A stretch of DNA of 64,000 nt from an uncultured Coriobacteriia bacterium (GTDB lineage: Bacteria; Actinomycetota; Coriobacteriia; Coriobacteriales; QAMH01): positions 2,124 to 66,123 of the forward strand of contig CABRZR010000002.1 of assembly GCA_902475535.1 (NCBI GenBank), given 5' to 3'. How positions within the stretch are numbered: the first letter of the stretch is position 1; each line of letters begins with the position of its first letter. This document shows positions 36,832 through 47,022 of the stretch, piece by piece. The notes below the pieces were generated by a model. It did not search any database, was not told where the DNA came from, and saw nothing but the letters and a program-made list of their open reading frames with translations. The translations under genes and the position numbers were made by a program.

Positions 36832-37380
36832 ATGGAGAATTACAGCGACTATCGCGAGACCCCGCGGACGGGCAGGACGCCCGGTCATTCGGGTCATGAA
36901 CATGAACCGCAGCCCGTCGATCCGTCGGTCCTCACCGACGATCGCGACAACCCCGACCTTCTCACCTTCGAGAAGACCTGGGGACATCGCGTGTTGGCGG
37001 GTCTCGGCGTCGCGATGCTCGTTATCGCAATCATCCTCATCGCGTTTTGCATCGTGCAGCTCATCCGCGTCGCCGATGTGGCGGCACTCATGCCCGATAT
37101 CGGGCTTTTGGGTGCGTACTTGTATGGCACGGCGCTTGCGTGCGGCGTCGCGCTCATTCCGCCTGCCGTCATTGCGATTTACGTTGCCAAGCATCCGAGC
37201 AAGGTCATGATTGCCATCGTCATGGCAATCATCGCGCTCGTGCTTGTCGTTGCGTTCTTGGGATATGCTCTTGCGATGACGCCGCAGTACATGGTCACGG
37301 CACTGCTCTATGCGCTAGCGCTTGCCATTCTGCCCGTTGTCTACCTCATCGCCGCTCTCAAGATTAAGCGCTCGCTCTAG
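36832..37380 (+). CDS. hypothetical polytopic membrane protein
   Basis: 182 aa. Pro/His-rich N-terminus followed by about four hydrophobic helices. Confidence 0.55.
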   Translation: MENYSDYRETPRTGRTPGHSGHEHEPQPVDPSVLTDDRDNPDLLTFEKTWGHRVLAGLGVAMLVIAIILIAFCIVQLIRVADVAALMPDIGLLGAYLYGTALACGVALIPPAVIAIYVAKHPSKVMIAIVMAIIALVLVVAFLGYALAMTPQYMVTALLYALALAILPVVYLIAALKIKRSL

Positions 37381-37920
37381 ACGTGCGACAGGTAACCCAA
37401 CCACGTTGTCATAATCGCCCTCGATGTGGTCGACGAAGGCGCCGGCCGCACCTTGTATGCCGTAGGCGCCGGCTTTGTCGAGCGGCTCTCCTGTGGCGAC
37501 ATACGCCGCGATTTCCGCGTCGGAAAGCTCTCTGAAACAAACGTCGGTGATTTCCGCGAAGGTTTCGCAATTGCCCTCGTGCGCGAGGGCAACACCTGTG
37601 ATGACCTGGTGCGTTTTGCCCGACAGCTCACGAAGCATGCGACGGGCATCGCGTTCGTCGAGCGGTTTGCCGAAGACGCGTCCGTCGAGCACGACGATGG
37701 TATCGGCGCCGATGACGGTTGCGCTGGCGGGCTGTCCGGAAGCGACAGCGAGCGCCTTGGCACGCGCGTTGTGCATGGCAACGTCAACGGGCACCATGTC
37801 CTTCGGGGCATTCTCGTCAGCATCGCTTACGACGACGCGAAACGTGCGACCCGTCCGTGCAAGCAGTTCCTTGCGCCGGGGCGATCCTGATGCCAGTATG
37901 AGTCCGGTCTCGTCGTTCAT
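37315..37920 (-). CDS. maf: Maf-like nucleoside triphosphate pyrophosphatase
   Basis: From ATG 37920: MNDETGLILASGSPRRKELL...GAYGIQG... The track ORF extends to 38091, but the extra N-terminus is not conserved. The 3' end overlaps the convergent gene by 66 nt. Confidence 0.88.
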   Translation of the reverse strand: MNDETGLILASGSPRRKELLARTGRTFRVVVSDADENAPKDMVPVDVAMHNARAKALAVASGQPASATVIGADTIVVLDGRVFGKPLDERDARRMLRELSGKTHQVITGVALAHEGNCETFAEITDVCFRELSDAEIAAYVATGEPLDKAGAYGIQGAAGAFVDHIEGDYDNVVGLPVARLERALNLESGDEVDNGQNGKR

Positions 37921-38020
37921 GATCTGCAGTGTAGCGCGATTTACCCATACCCGCGGCGCATGACGAAAAAATGTCACAGCCCTGCGGTAGAATCTTTGGC
38001 ACCTAAAGAAAGGATGCGTT

Positions 38021-38677
38021 GTGGATACAGTACTTTTCGACATGGACGGTACCTTGCTCGATACGCTCGATGATCTGCACGTGAGCGTCAACTACGCGCT
38101 CGAGCAATCGGGTCTTCCGCTCGTCACGTTCGACGAGACGCGCGAGGCAGCCGGGTACGGCTCCATCGTGCTCATCGAGCTTCTCACCAAGCACGCCTTC
38201 GTAACGGGCTCGCCCGAGTTTCAGCGCGTCTTCGATGATTTCAACGCGCACTATAAGGCGCATTGCAATGATGCGACGCATCCGTATCCGGGCATCATGG
38301 AGCTACTCGCCGGTCTCAAGGATCGCGGTATCAAGATGGCCATCGTGAGCAACAAGATTCAACCCGAGACCGAGGCTCTGCGCAAACTTTGGTTCGCAGA
38401 TTACATTCCCGTCGCGGTTGGTCGCGTCGAGGGCATCGCTCCCAAGCCAGATCCTGCCATGGCTCTCAAGGCGCTCGAGCAGCTCGGCGCACAGCCGCAG
38501 GATGCATGGTTCGTAGGTGACTCTCAGCCCGACGTGCGCACGGGCAAGAACGCCAGATGCACGAGCGTTGCCTGCACCTGGGGCTTCAGGGATTTCGCTA
38601 CGCTTGAGGAAGAATATCCCGATTTCATCATCGATAGTCCGCTCGAGCTTCTCGACATCGTCGACGCGAGCCACTAG
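38021..38677 (+). CDS. HAD-superfamily hydrolase (phosphoglycolate phosphatase-like)
   Basis: MDTVLFDMDGTLLDT (DxDGT motif I), ...VSNK..., GDSQPD. Confidence 0.85.
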   Translation: MDTVLFDMDGTLLDTLDDLHVSVNYALEQSGLPLVTFDETREAAGYGSIVLIELLTKHAFVTGSPEFQRVFDDFNAHYKAHCNDATHPYPGIMELLAGLKDRGIKMAIVSNKIQPETEALRKLWFADYIPVAVGRVEGIAPKPDPAMALKALEQLGAQPQDAWFVGDSQPDVRTGKNARCTSVACTWGFRDFATLEEEYPDFIIDSPLELLDIVDASH

Positions 38678-38689
38678 AAGGTCTGCGCG

Positions 38690-41479
38690 ATGGGGGTAAC
38701 GACGGTCAGCACGCTTGACGCGCTGCTTGAGGCGAGTAACGCTGCTTTGCTGCGCGCACAAGGCGAAGGTGCCGCTGCCACGCTCATCGTACCCTCGCAT
38801 GCATGGGGGCAGCAGCGCAAGCTGCAGCTCCGCACACTTGTTGGCACTGGTGTCGATGTCGTGACGCATGCGCAGTTCGTGAGCCAGCTCTGGGATGTCT
38901 ACGGTGATGGCTCCACCATCGTGGCACCTGTAGAGCGCAAGGTCTTGCTGCGCCCGCTTATCACGCAGGTCGCCCTCTTCGACACCTCACCCTCTCCTGA
39001 CTTCGTCACGCAGCTTGCCGCGTTTGTCGAGGAGGCTATCTATCCGGGTCTGTGCCCGAGCACCGCGTTATCGAGCTCGGAGTCAAAGCTCATGGAGCTC
39101 GTATCGCTCTATGAGGCAAAGCTCGAGCATGAAGGCCTTGTCGAGCTTGCCCAGGCCGAGCACGTGCTCATGCAAGAGGGCGTCTGTCGGGGCATGCACC
39201 TAGTCTTCGAAGCCCCCGACTTACACAGCGCACATCTGCGCCGCTTCATCGCCGGAATCGAGCCAGGTGCGTCAGTTTCCGTCCTTCAGCAGCATCTCGA
39301 CATCAACGCGGGTGCTTTGCCAGAAGACGACGAGCTCCTTGCCTTGCGACAACGCCTTTTCACGGGCAAGGGCGGCGTTCGGGCGCAAGGCCACGTGCGT
39401 GTGGGCGAGGCTCACGGTGCGCATGTCGCAAGCGACGTGGTCACGGGTCTCGTGCGCAGCATGCACGAGGAAAACGGCATCGAGTATGCGGATATGCTCG
39501 TTTGCTGTGCCAGCGCTGCCGATGCATACCCGCGCCTGCATGATGCACTTGCGCGTGCGGGTATTCCCTTTGCCACGCAGTTTGCCGTGCCTTGTGCGCG
39601 CACGGGCCTGGGAGCCGCATTCTTTGCGCTCGAGACGATCGTGCAGGCGGGTGATGATGCGCCCTTTGAGCCCTTCGTCGATGTGCTGTGTGGTCCTTAT
39701 GCGGGGGTACCTGCCCAAGATGCTCGTGCCCTGCAAATGCGCTGGCGCGAACAAGCCGGCTCGGTGCCATACAAGAGAATGCGCGACGTGCGCGAGGGCT
39801 TCGCCCAAGGCAATGCGAGCGCTGCCATCACGCGCGAGCGTCTTGAACCTCTCGTGCAACTCATCGACGCTTCGCGCGCCGATCGCGTCAGGCTTCTCTT
39901 CGAGCACGCACGCTCGGCGCAGCTCGATGTCGACACGCTTGTCGACGACTGCGCGGCAGCCGAGGCTTTGCTGGACTATATCGAGCTCTGCGAGCGCTTC
40001 ATCTGCGAGCCCGATGCCGACGAGATGGCGAATCTTCCCGTCATGCTCAATCGCTCATACGGCAACCAGGAGGAGGCTCTTCGCATCGTCGATCCGGGCG
40101 CGCTCGGGACCATTCGCGCGGGTGCCATCATTCTATGTGATCTGGATGCGCGTCATTATCCGATGGCATTGCAGGGCGGCCCGTTCGACGCGCTCATGCG
40201 CAAGCTTGGCATCGAGCGCGCAGACACGCTTGCCCGCGACCAGCGTATTATGCTGCTCAACGCCATCGAATCGTGCGAGGGTTGCTTTGCCTTTACGCGC
40301 ACGACACACGATGCAGGTGGTGACGAAAGCTGTCCGAGCGCGCTGTTCGAGGAGCTCGTCGCCGCGTATCGCAGTTCCGAGGAAGACGAAGCGGGGCTTT
40401 CCGTCCAGGCTGTCCCGCAAGCTCTCAGGCCATGGCTGCTTGCGTTGAACGAGGCTGACGTCTTCTTCGCGAGCGAGGGGCCGCATGACGATGTCTCGGT
40501 TACGCGCGGTTCGCTTGCATTGGCTGCGATGAAGAAGGACCTGACACACGACCTCAAGGACAAGCCCCTGACGTTTTCGCCTACGGCTCTCGAGGATTAT
40601 TACCGCTGTCCGTATCGTTGGTTTGCATGTCGGCGCGTGGGCTACAATGGCATGGACGTCACATTCGATGCAGCCGCTCAGGGCAATCTCGTTCATGCGA
40701 CCATGGAGCGTTTCTACCGTCGTCTCAAGCAGGCCGGGCATGATCGCGTGACGGAGCAGAACGTGGACGAGGCGCTTGCCATTGCCAACAAGGCCTTCGA
40801 CCAGCAACTTGAAGATGACCAGTCGCGCGAGCGTCGGGGTCTCTACCTGCGCACCGAATACGACTCATGCGCGTGCGAAGAGCTGCGTCAACAGGTCTTC
40901 GACCTCGTGCGTCGTGATGCCACGTTTTTGCCGGGCTTTATCCCTATCTACTTCGAGCTTGAGCTTGGCCGTTCCTCAGAGCAGCTTCTCGAATACGCCG
41001 GCGTGCCTGTGCGTGGCAAGGTCGATCGCGTCGATGTCGATGCGGAGGGAAACGCCGTCATCATCGATTACAAGCTCAGTGGCCTTTCTGCTGGCTACGG
41101 CTTCGGCCGTGACGACGAGCTGCCGCAGCGCATCCAGACCGACATATACGCCACGCTTGTCGAGCGGCACTTCGCGGCGCTCGGCACGCCACTTCACGTC
41201 GTTGGCTCCGTCTATCGTTCATATGCCAAGAACGCGTTGCGCGGTGTCTATGCGCGCGGCATACCGTGGGGTGACACCGAGCAACTACGCGAGGACTTCG
41301 ATGCGTTGCCTCGTGCCGGTAGCGACGAGGGGTACGATGCGTATCTCACGCGTGTCGAGGATGTGCTCGCATCATGTGTCGAGCGTCTCCGTGCGGGTGA
41401 CATTGCGCCGGCTCCGCTCTCGAGCGACGTGTGCGAGTACTGCAAGGCGGCTTCGTTTTGTCCCAGGGGAGGTGCCTGA
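38690..41479 (+). CDS. AddB/RexB-like PD-(D/E)XK nuclease subunit of a helicase-nuclease complex
   Basis: 929 aa. No intact Walker A seen. The C-terminal RecB-type nuclease has GKVDRVDVD...AVIIDYKLS and the Cys motif CEYCKAASFCP. The stop overlaps the start of the downstream UvrD-type gene (ATGA). Confidence 0.7.
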   Translation: MGVTTVSTLDALLEASNAALLRAQGEGAAATLIVPSHAWGQQRKLQLRTLVGTGVDVVTHAQFVSQLWDVYGDGSTIVAPVERKVLLRPLITQVALFDTSPSPDFVTQLAAFVEEAIYPGLCPSTALSSSESKLMELVSLYEAKLEHEGLVELAQAEHVLMQEGVCRGMHLVFEAPDLHSAHLRRFIAGIEPGASVSVLQQHLDINAGALPEDDELLALRQRLFTGKGGVRAQGHVRVGEAHGAHVASDVVTGLVRSMHEENGIEYADMLVCCASAADAYPRLHDALARAGIPFATQFAVPCARTGLGAAFFALETIVQAGDDAPFEPFVDVLCGPYAGVPAQDARALQMRWREQAGSVPYKRMRDVREGFAQGNASAAITRERLEPLVQLIDASRADRVRLLFEHARSAQLDVDTLVDDCAAAEALLDYIELCERFICEPDADEMANLPVMLNRSYGNQEEALRIVDPGALGTIRAGAIILCDLDARHYPMALQGGPFDALMRKLGIERADTLARDQRIMLLNAIESCEGCFAFTRTTHDAGGDESCPSALFEELVAAYRSSEEDEAGLSVQAVPQALRPWLLALNEADVFFASEGPHDDVSVTRGSLALAAMKKDLTHDLKDKPLTFSPTALEDYYRCPYRWFACRRVGYNGMDVTFDAAAQGNLVHATMERFYRRLKQAGHDRVTEQNVDEALAIANKAFDQQLEDDQSRERRGLYLRTEYDSCACEELRQQVFDLVRRDATFLPGFIPIYFELELGRSSEQLLEYAGVPVRGKVDRVDVDAEGNAVIIDYKLSGLSAGYGFGRDDELPQRIQTDIYATLVERHFAALGTPLHVVGSVYRSYAKNALRGVYARGIPWGDTEQLREDFDALPRAGSDEGYDAYLTRVEDVLASCVERLRAGDIAPAPLSSDVCEYCKAASFCPRGGA

Positions 41480-44400
41480 TGCCTCTTACCCCTAGTCAAC
41501 AAGCTGCGGTCGAAAGTGCCCACGAGCCGTTATTCATCCAGGCTGGCGCCGGCACGGGCAAGACCTTTACGCTCACCAAGCGCATCGCATACGGCCTCTC
41601 GCAAGGGTCGGGGCCGCTCATCAGCGATGTCGATCGGCTGCTCACCATCACGTTTACCAACAAGGCTGCAGGCGAGCTTATCGGTCGCGTGCGCGCCGAG
41701 TTGCGTGCGCAGGGCCTTGACGAGGAGTCCCTCAAGATTGACGCCGCCTGGATATCAACCATCCATTCGATGTGCCGCCGCATACTGCTTTCGCATGCCT
41801 TCGATGTCGGTGTCGACCCAGGCGCAAACCTGCTCACCGAAGACGAGACGCAGGCGCTTTCCGCCCTCGCGCTCGATGCGTTGCTGCAGGACAACGCAAA
41901 GGACGCGCGCCTCATCTTGCTTTTCGACAATCTTGGCGTCGAGAGCGCGACGAAGCTCATCAACAATCTGTCAGAGTTGCTCATGCTCGCACCGGGCGGC
42001 AGGGATGATTTCGACTTGGGGCCAGCTCCTGCGTCGGCTCGCGTCATCGCCAGTCGCGTGCAAGGGCTCCTCGCCACGTATCAGGGAGCACTCGCCGAGC
42101 TCGACGAGTTGGGACTTCCCGAGGGCAAGATAACGTATGTCCAGAATCGCGATAAGGTCGCTGCGGTAGCAGCGGCTCTCGAGGCGCTGTCCACCAGCCA
42201 AAAGCGCCCTCTCTCCTGGAGCGCGCTTGCCAACGCCATCGAGGAGTGCAAGCCACCGGGTGGAGGCAATCTCTCCGCACCCTATAACGGCATCTTCGCC
42301 GAATGCAGAGATGCCTTGCTCGAGGCTGCGGCCGAGGCGCAGTCTGCGAGCGCGTACGAGCTTCTGCGAGCGGCACTCGACTTTGCGGCAGAGCATCTCG
42401 AGCGCCATCGTGCGCTCAAGCAGGCGCAAGGCGCGCTCGATACAAATGACTTGCTCATCGCGACGTACAAGCTGCTCGACGAAGACGATGAACTAGCGCG
42501 GACATATCGCGAGAGCTTCGATTCCGTCATGGTCGACGAGTTCCAGGATACGGACAACTTGCAGGTTGGCATCGTGAGCAAGATATGCGACGAGAACCTT
42601 GCGACGCTGGCCACAGTGGGTGATGCGCAGCAATCAATATACGGCTTTCGCGGGGCCGACCTCGAGGTATACCAGCGTACGCGTGCTATGATGCGCGAGC
42701 GCGGCTCCAACGAGGTCGAACTCACCGTTAACTATCGTTCGCAACCCGACATCCTGCGTTTCGTCGAGGACATCTTCTCCAAACCGGAGTTCTTCGGTGG
42801 GGAGTTCCTCAAGGTGAGTTCGGGTCGCGAGGAAGGGTTCAACCCGTCATGGCTCCTGCCAGACGAGCCACGTGTGAAGATACTCCTCTCGGCCGGTCAC
42901 AAGGCAGAAAAGGGGCAGGGAAGGACTTCGGTTGACGCGTTGCGCCAGGCCGATGCCGTGGCGCTTGCCGACGAATTCGAGCGCCTGCACGCACAGGGCG
43001 CCCCGTATGGCGACATGGCGATTCTGCTCCAGTCGACGAAGGGCGCCAAGGCAGGTCCCTATCTGCGCGAGCTGCGCAAACGCGGCATACCGGTCATCGT
43101 CTCGGGCGGTTCGGACTTCTTCTTGCAGCCTGAGGTTTCGACCGTTGTCATGCTACTGCGCGTTTTGGCAGACCGTGATGATGACGAGGCACTCTTCGAT
43201 TTGCTCGGCTCGGACTTCTTCAATGCAGGTGATGACGCGCTGCTCGTCCTGTCGGTCATCAACCGTCAGCGCCTCAGGCTCCTGCCCGGCGAGTCACGCG
43301 CCAAGCCCTCGCTCTATGACGCACTATGCCTATATATCGATGAGGCGCAGGACGATGCCGATGAGGCGCTTGCGCGTGCATTCGATACGCTCGAGTACGC
43401 GCTTGCCGCCTCGCCGAGCATCCCCCTCGCGCAGCTCGTGCGAGAGGCCATCGCGCTTTCCGGCTGGCAGGTCACGCTGTCTGCGCGCGGTATCGAGGGT
43501 GGTGCGGTTTTTGCGAATATCGAGCGCGCATGCGATCTCATCGAAGACTACGAGAAGCTTCACGGACATGCGCCCTTTGCCACGAGCGCCTATTTCCGCA
43601 GCCTTGTCGACCTCGCTCGCGAGGGCAAGGGTGCTCGTGCCAAGCTTGGAACGCTCGTAAGCTCGGGCCAGGATGCCGTCTGCATCATGACGATTCATAG
43701 CTCAAAGGGCCTGGAATTTCCCATCGTTGCCGTTGCGGAGTTCGAGAAGAGCGCACGTAATACCGGCACACCGCTCATTTCGCTTTCCGAAGAGGGCAGA
43801 CGCTATCTCGCGCTTGGCGTCACGGGGTCGAGTGCCGCTGCACGCTACCTTACCGACGAAGACCAGGACCCCGGCTCCTTCGCCTTTGCCAGTGAGGTCG
43901 CCGAGCATCGGGCTCATGCCCATCAGCTCAAGAAGCTGCGCGATGCACAAGAGCAGCAGCGTTTGCTCTATGTCGCGCTCACGCGTGCGCGAGACAAGCT
44001 CATCCTCGTGGCACATGATGGCGCTTTCGCATCCAAGGGCGACTTGTCTGCGGGCCTCGCGAGCAGCTGCCTGCATGCGGTGTTTGGCAAGGAGATTCCC
44101 ACGCAGCATGCAAGGATCAGGACAGATGCCGGGGCGCTCGTGGAGCTTGCCATCACCGAAGTTCCCTACGGGGCGCAAGAGGAGCAGGCGGACGACGAAA
44201 AGGGCTCGCTCGTCGTCATGCATCGTTATCCGGTTTTTGAATTGCCGCCGCGTATTTCGGCGCAGCCGCTTGATCGCAGGCAAATCTACTCGTATTCCTC
44301 GATTGCGCATCGCGATGCGCAGCATCGTGAGCTTGTCGCCCCCGCAGTCACCTTGCATGATCGCTCACAGGATGTCGAGACGGTCAGTCCCGTCGGCTCG

Positions 44401-44898
44401 TCGTTCCACCTTGTCGCGCAATGGCTTGCGTTGGTTCCGCGTGCCGATGAACGCAGCATTGAGCGCCGCATGCTCGCCGCCGCGCGTCGCTATGGACTCG
44501 ATGAGGAGCAACGCACGCGGCTTGCCAACGCGGTCGCTGCTTGGGTCTCATCGGAGCGCTACGCCATGGTGCAGGAGTACGCGCGTCGCTATGCGGAGTA
44601 TGCGTTCTGCGTCGATGTCGAGGGTGTTCCGCTCGAAGGCTACATTGACCTCATATGCTTTGATGACGAAGGAGGAGCCCTGGTCATCGACTACAAGACG
44701 GGCACGAGCGGACAGGGTGAGGACCTGCACGAGCGCTACGCCCTGCAGGCGCAGTGCTATGCCTACGCGCTGCTGTCTTCGGGCGCCTGCGAGCATGTCG
44801 ACATGGCGTTCGTACGTCCCGAGGCCAACATGGAGGAAGTGCTCTTTAGTTTTGACGCGAGCGATGCTCCGGCGCTTGCGCAGAAGATCCTTGCATAG
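41479..44898 (+). CDS. AddA/RecB-like UvrD-family helicase with C-terminal PD-(D/E)XK nuclease
   Basis: 1139 aa from ATG 41479 (RBS GGGGAGG). Motifs AGAGTGKTFTL, VDEFQDT, TIHSSKGLEFP and YVALTRAR. C-terminal nuclease GYIDLICFDDEGGALVIDYKTG. Confidence 0.85.
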   Translation: MPLTPSQQAAVESAHEPLFIQAGAGTGKTFTLTKRIAYGLSQGSGPLISDVDRLLTITFTNKAAGELIGRVRAELRAQGLDEESLKIDAAWISTIHSMCRRILLSHAFDVGVDPGANLLTEDETQALSALALDALLQDNAKDARLILLFDNLGVESATKLINNLSELLMLAPGGRDDFDLGPAPASARVIASRVQGLLATYQGALAELDELGLPEGKITYVQNRDKVAAVAAALEALSTSQKRPLSWSALANAIEECKPPGGGNLSAPYNGIFAECRDALLEAAAEAQSASAYELLRAALDFAAEHLERHRALKQAQGALDTNDLLIATYKLLDEDDELARTYRESFDSVMVDEFQDTDNLQVGIVSKICDENLATLATVGDAQQSIYGFRGADLEVYQRTRAMMRERGSNEVELTVNYRSQPDILRFVEDIFSKPEFFGGEFLKVSSGREEGFNPSWLLPDEPRVKILLSAGHKAEKGQGRTSVDALRQADAVALADEFERLHAQGAPYGDMAILLQSTKGAKAGPYLRELRKRGIPVIVSGGSDFFLQPEVSTVVMLLRVLADRDDDEALFDLLGSDFFNAGDDALLVLSVINRQRLRLLPGESRAKPSLYDALCLYIDEAQDDADEALARAFDTLEYALAASPSIPLAQLVREAIALSGWQVTLSARGIEGGAVFANIERACDLIEDYEKLHGHAPFATSAYFRSLVDLAREGKGARAKLGTLVSSGQDAVCIMTIHSSKGLEFPIVAVAEFEKSARNTGTPLISLSEEGRRYLALGVTGSSAAARYLTDEDQDPGSFAFASEVAEHRAHAHQLKKLRDAQEQQRLLYVALTRARDKLILVAHDGAFASKGDLSAGLASSCLHAVFGKEIPTQHARIRTDAGALVELAITEVPYGAQEEQADDEKGSLVVMHRYPVFELPPRISAQPLDRRQIYSYSSIAHRDAQHRELVAPAVTLHDRSQDVETVSPVGSSFHLVAQWLALVPRADERSIERRMLAAARRYGLDEEQRTRLANAVAAWVSSERYAMVQEYARRYAEYAFCVDVEGVPLEGYIDLICFDDEGGALVIDYKTGTSGQGEDLHERYALQAQCYAYALLSSGACEHVDMAFVRPEANMEEVLFSFDASDAPALAQKILA

Positions 44899-44938
44899 TG
44901 ATGTTGTGAAATTATGACGCTGGAGGAGGATGACCTTC

Positions 44939-45667
44939 ATGCATGCTTACGCTGAAACCTACCTTATGGACGCGATGGAGACCCTGGGCGAGATGACGGA
45001 TTACGCATCCCAAGCTTTCAGCATCGACCTTGGGCGCTTCTGGACGCTTTTTACCGTGACGACATTCGCAAGGGAATTCGAAACAGGGTCGCCTCGGGTC
45101 ATTGTCGGCATGTCGGGCATCGAGCTTGCTCTGCGGGTGGCAGAGTGTGTCGGTCTTTCGCCTATTGAGGAGCCTCTGACGGCAGGAGAGCTCGTCGATG
45201 TTTGGGCACAGGGCAAAATGCCCCTGGTGGACTATGGCCCATCCGGCCTCACTCCCGAATACTGGTGCGGCTGGGCACTCGCGTATTATCAATGGGCGAG
45301 TAATCGGACGTTTTCGAATATCAATGAGTTCTTGACCATGGAGGACGCGCTTCGGATGTACCCGACGTTTCACGAGGAGTCAGAAGAGCGTTTTGCCGAG
45401 GCCGCGGATCAAAGGGCTTTGCAAGTCGAACACGTCTCGCGCCTGCGCGAATACCGTCTCATTGCCGGTCTGTCGCAATCCGAGCTCGCGCGCCGGTCGG
45501 GTGTGGGGATTCGCGCAATCCAACAATACGAGCAGGGGGCAAAGGACATAAACAGAGCCGCCGCGCACAATGTTCAGTCGCTTGCGCGCGTGCTCCACTG
45601 CATGCCAGGTGATTTGCTTGAGCCGCAGGTGAAAATCGAATACGCGGTTGTCGATCTGGACAGATGA
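44939..45667 (+). CDS. XRE-family helix-turn-helix protein with unassigned N-terminal domain
   Basis: C-terminal LREYRLIAGLSQSELARRSGVGIRAIQQYEQGAKDI is a classic HTH_XRE. The ~165-aa N-terminus is not recognised. ATG 44939 is preferred because GGAGGAGG directly abuts ATG 44930. Confidence 0.75.
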   Translation: MHAYAETYLMDAMETLGEMTDYASQAFSIDLGRFWTLFTVTTFAREFETGSPRVIVGMSGIELALRVAECVGLSPIEEPLTAGELVDVWAQGKMPLVDYGPSGLTPEYWCGWALAYYQWASNRTFSNINEFLTMEDALRMYPTFHEESEERFAEAADQRALQVEHVSRLREYRLIAGLSQSELARRSGVGIRAIQQYEQGAKDINRAAAHNVQSLARVLHCMPGDLLEPQVKIEYAVVDLDR

Positions 45668-45742
45668 GCGCAAGCGTACGGGTCTTGGCCACTTCACTCG
45701 CAAACCTGCCGGCCCTGTATGCCCGTACCGTCTGCCTACAGC

Positions 45743-46987
45743 TCATAAATGACCGTCGTTCATGCCGCGGGTGCCGGTGTCCTTGGTCTTGAGCTTGAGC
45801 TCGCGGCCAAATTTGAGCGCTCCATCGCCAAACCTGTCGCGTACCTTGTCCGCTGCGGCAATGGCCTCGGCGTTGCCCTGTTCGGTCTCGGCGTTTGCAA
45901 ACAGGTCGAGCTGCTCGTCTTGCGTGTCGAATCCCGATATGCCCACGCCGACGAGGCGCACGGCATCGCCCTCTTGCCAGATTTCGCCGATGAGCCTCTT
46001 GGCGACGGGAATGAAGACGCCCTCGTCGTCGATGTTGGCGCCCAATCCCTGCTGGGCGCTGCGTATCGACAGGTCGTCATAGCGCAGCTTGAGCGTGACC
46101 GTATGACCCGCAAGCTGCTTGCGCCGCAGACGCCGACCAACCATCGATCCCAGGAAATCGACGGCGTCCTCGATTTCTGCACGGGTGGTGAGGTCGCTTG
46201 CGAAGGTACGCTCGTGGCTCACGGATTTAAGCGTGCGTTCGGTCACGATGGGACGCTCGTCTATTCCCGCGGCCCGGTCGCGCATGACCGGTGCGTTCAC
46301 GCCAAAGATGGGACGTAGGGTCTCCACATCCGCAGCAGCCAGTTCCCCGAGAGTGCGTATGCCTACCGCCTCGAGACGCTTTACGCTCTGCTTGCCGATG
46401 CCGGACATGATGCGAATCTTCATGGGGGCGAGAAATGCCGCCTCGCTTCCCGGGTACACCACGGTGAGACCTTGGGGCTTATCGAGGTCGGAGGCGATCT
46501 TTGCGACCGTCTTGCCGCTTGCCACGCCGATCGAGCACGTGACACCCAGCTCGGCGACATGCTCCTGGATACGCATGGCGATAGCCACGGGATCATCTCC
46601 CGTGAAGCGCCCGGGAGTGACGTCGAGAAAGGCCTCGTCAATGGAGACCTGCTCGAGCAACGGCGATTCGGCATAGAGGATATCCATGACGGCGCGGGAC
46701 ATCTCGTGATAGCGTTCGAAGTGGGGCGTCGTCCAGATGGCGTCCGGGCACAGACGCTCGGCGACAGCCGAGGCCATGGCGGAGCGCACTCCATAGGTGC
46801 GGGCTTCGTAAGAGCAGGTGGAGACGACACCGCGACGATCGGCGCGACCGCCGACGATGACCGGCTTGCCGCGCCACTCGGGATGATCGAGTTGCTCGAC
46901 GGAGGCAAAGAACGCATCAAGGTCGACGAGCAGGATCGCCTTGCCCGACCACGTGCGCTGCAATATGTCTGCCTGCTTGGAAGTCAT
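45743..46987 (-). CDS. dinB: DNA polymerase IV (Y-family)
   Basis: From ATG 46987: MTSKQADILQRTWSGKAILLVDLDAFFASVEQ...SIDEAFLDVT... The track ORF start at 47140 runs through the palindrome and is rejected. Confidence 0.93.
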   Translation of the reverse strand: MTSKQADILQRTWSGKAILLVDLDAFFASVEQLDHPEWRGKPVIVGGRADRRGVVSTCSYEARTYGVRSAMASAVAERLCPDAIWTTPHFERYHEMSRAVMDILYAESPLLEQVSIDEAFLDVTPGRFTGDDPVAIAMRIQEHVAELGVTCSIGVASGKTVAKIASDLDKPQGLTVVYPGSEAAFLAPMKIRIMSGIGKQSVKRLEAVGIRTLGELAAADVETLRPIFGVNAPVMRDRAAGIDERPIVTERTLKSVSHERTFASDLTTRAEIEDAVDFLGSMVGRRLRRKQLAGHTVTLKLRYDDLSIRSAQQGLGANIDDEGVFIPVAKRLIGEIWQEGDAVRLVGVGISGFDTQDEQLDLFANAETEQGNAEAIAAADKVRDRFGDGALKFGRELKLKTKDTGTRGMNDGHL

Positions 46988-47022
46988 GCCGACATTGTAC
47001 CTGGACGGATGACGGTGGGGAC

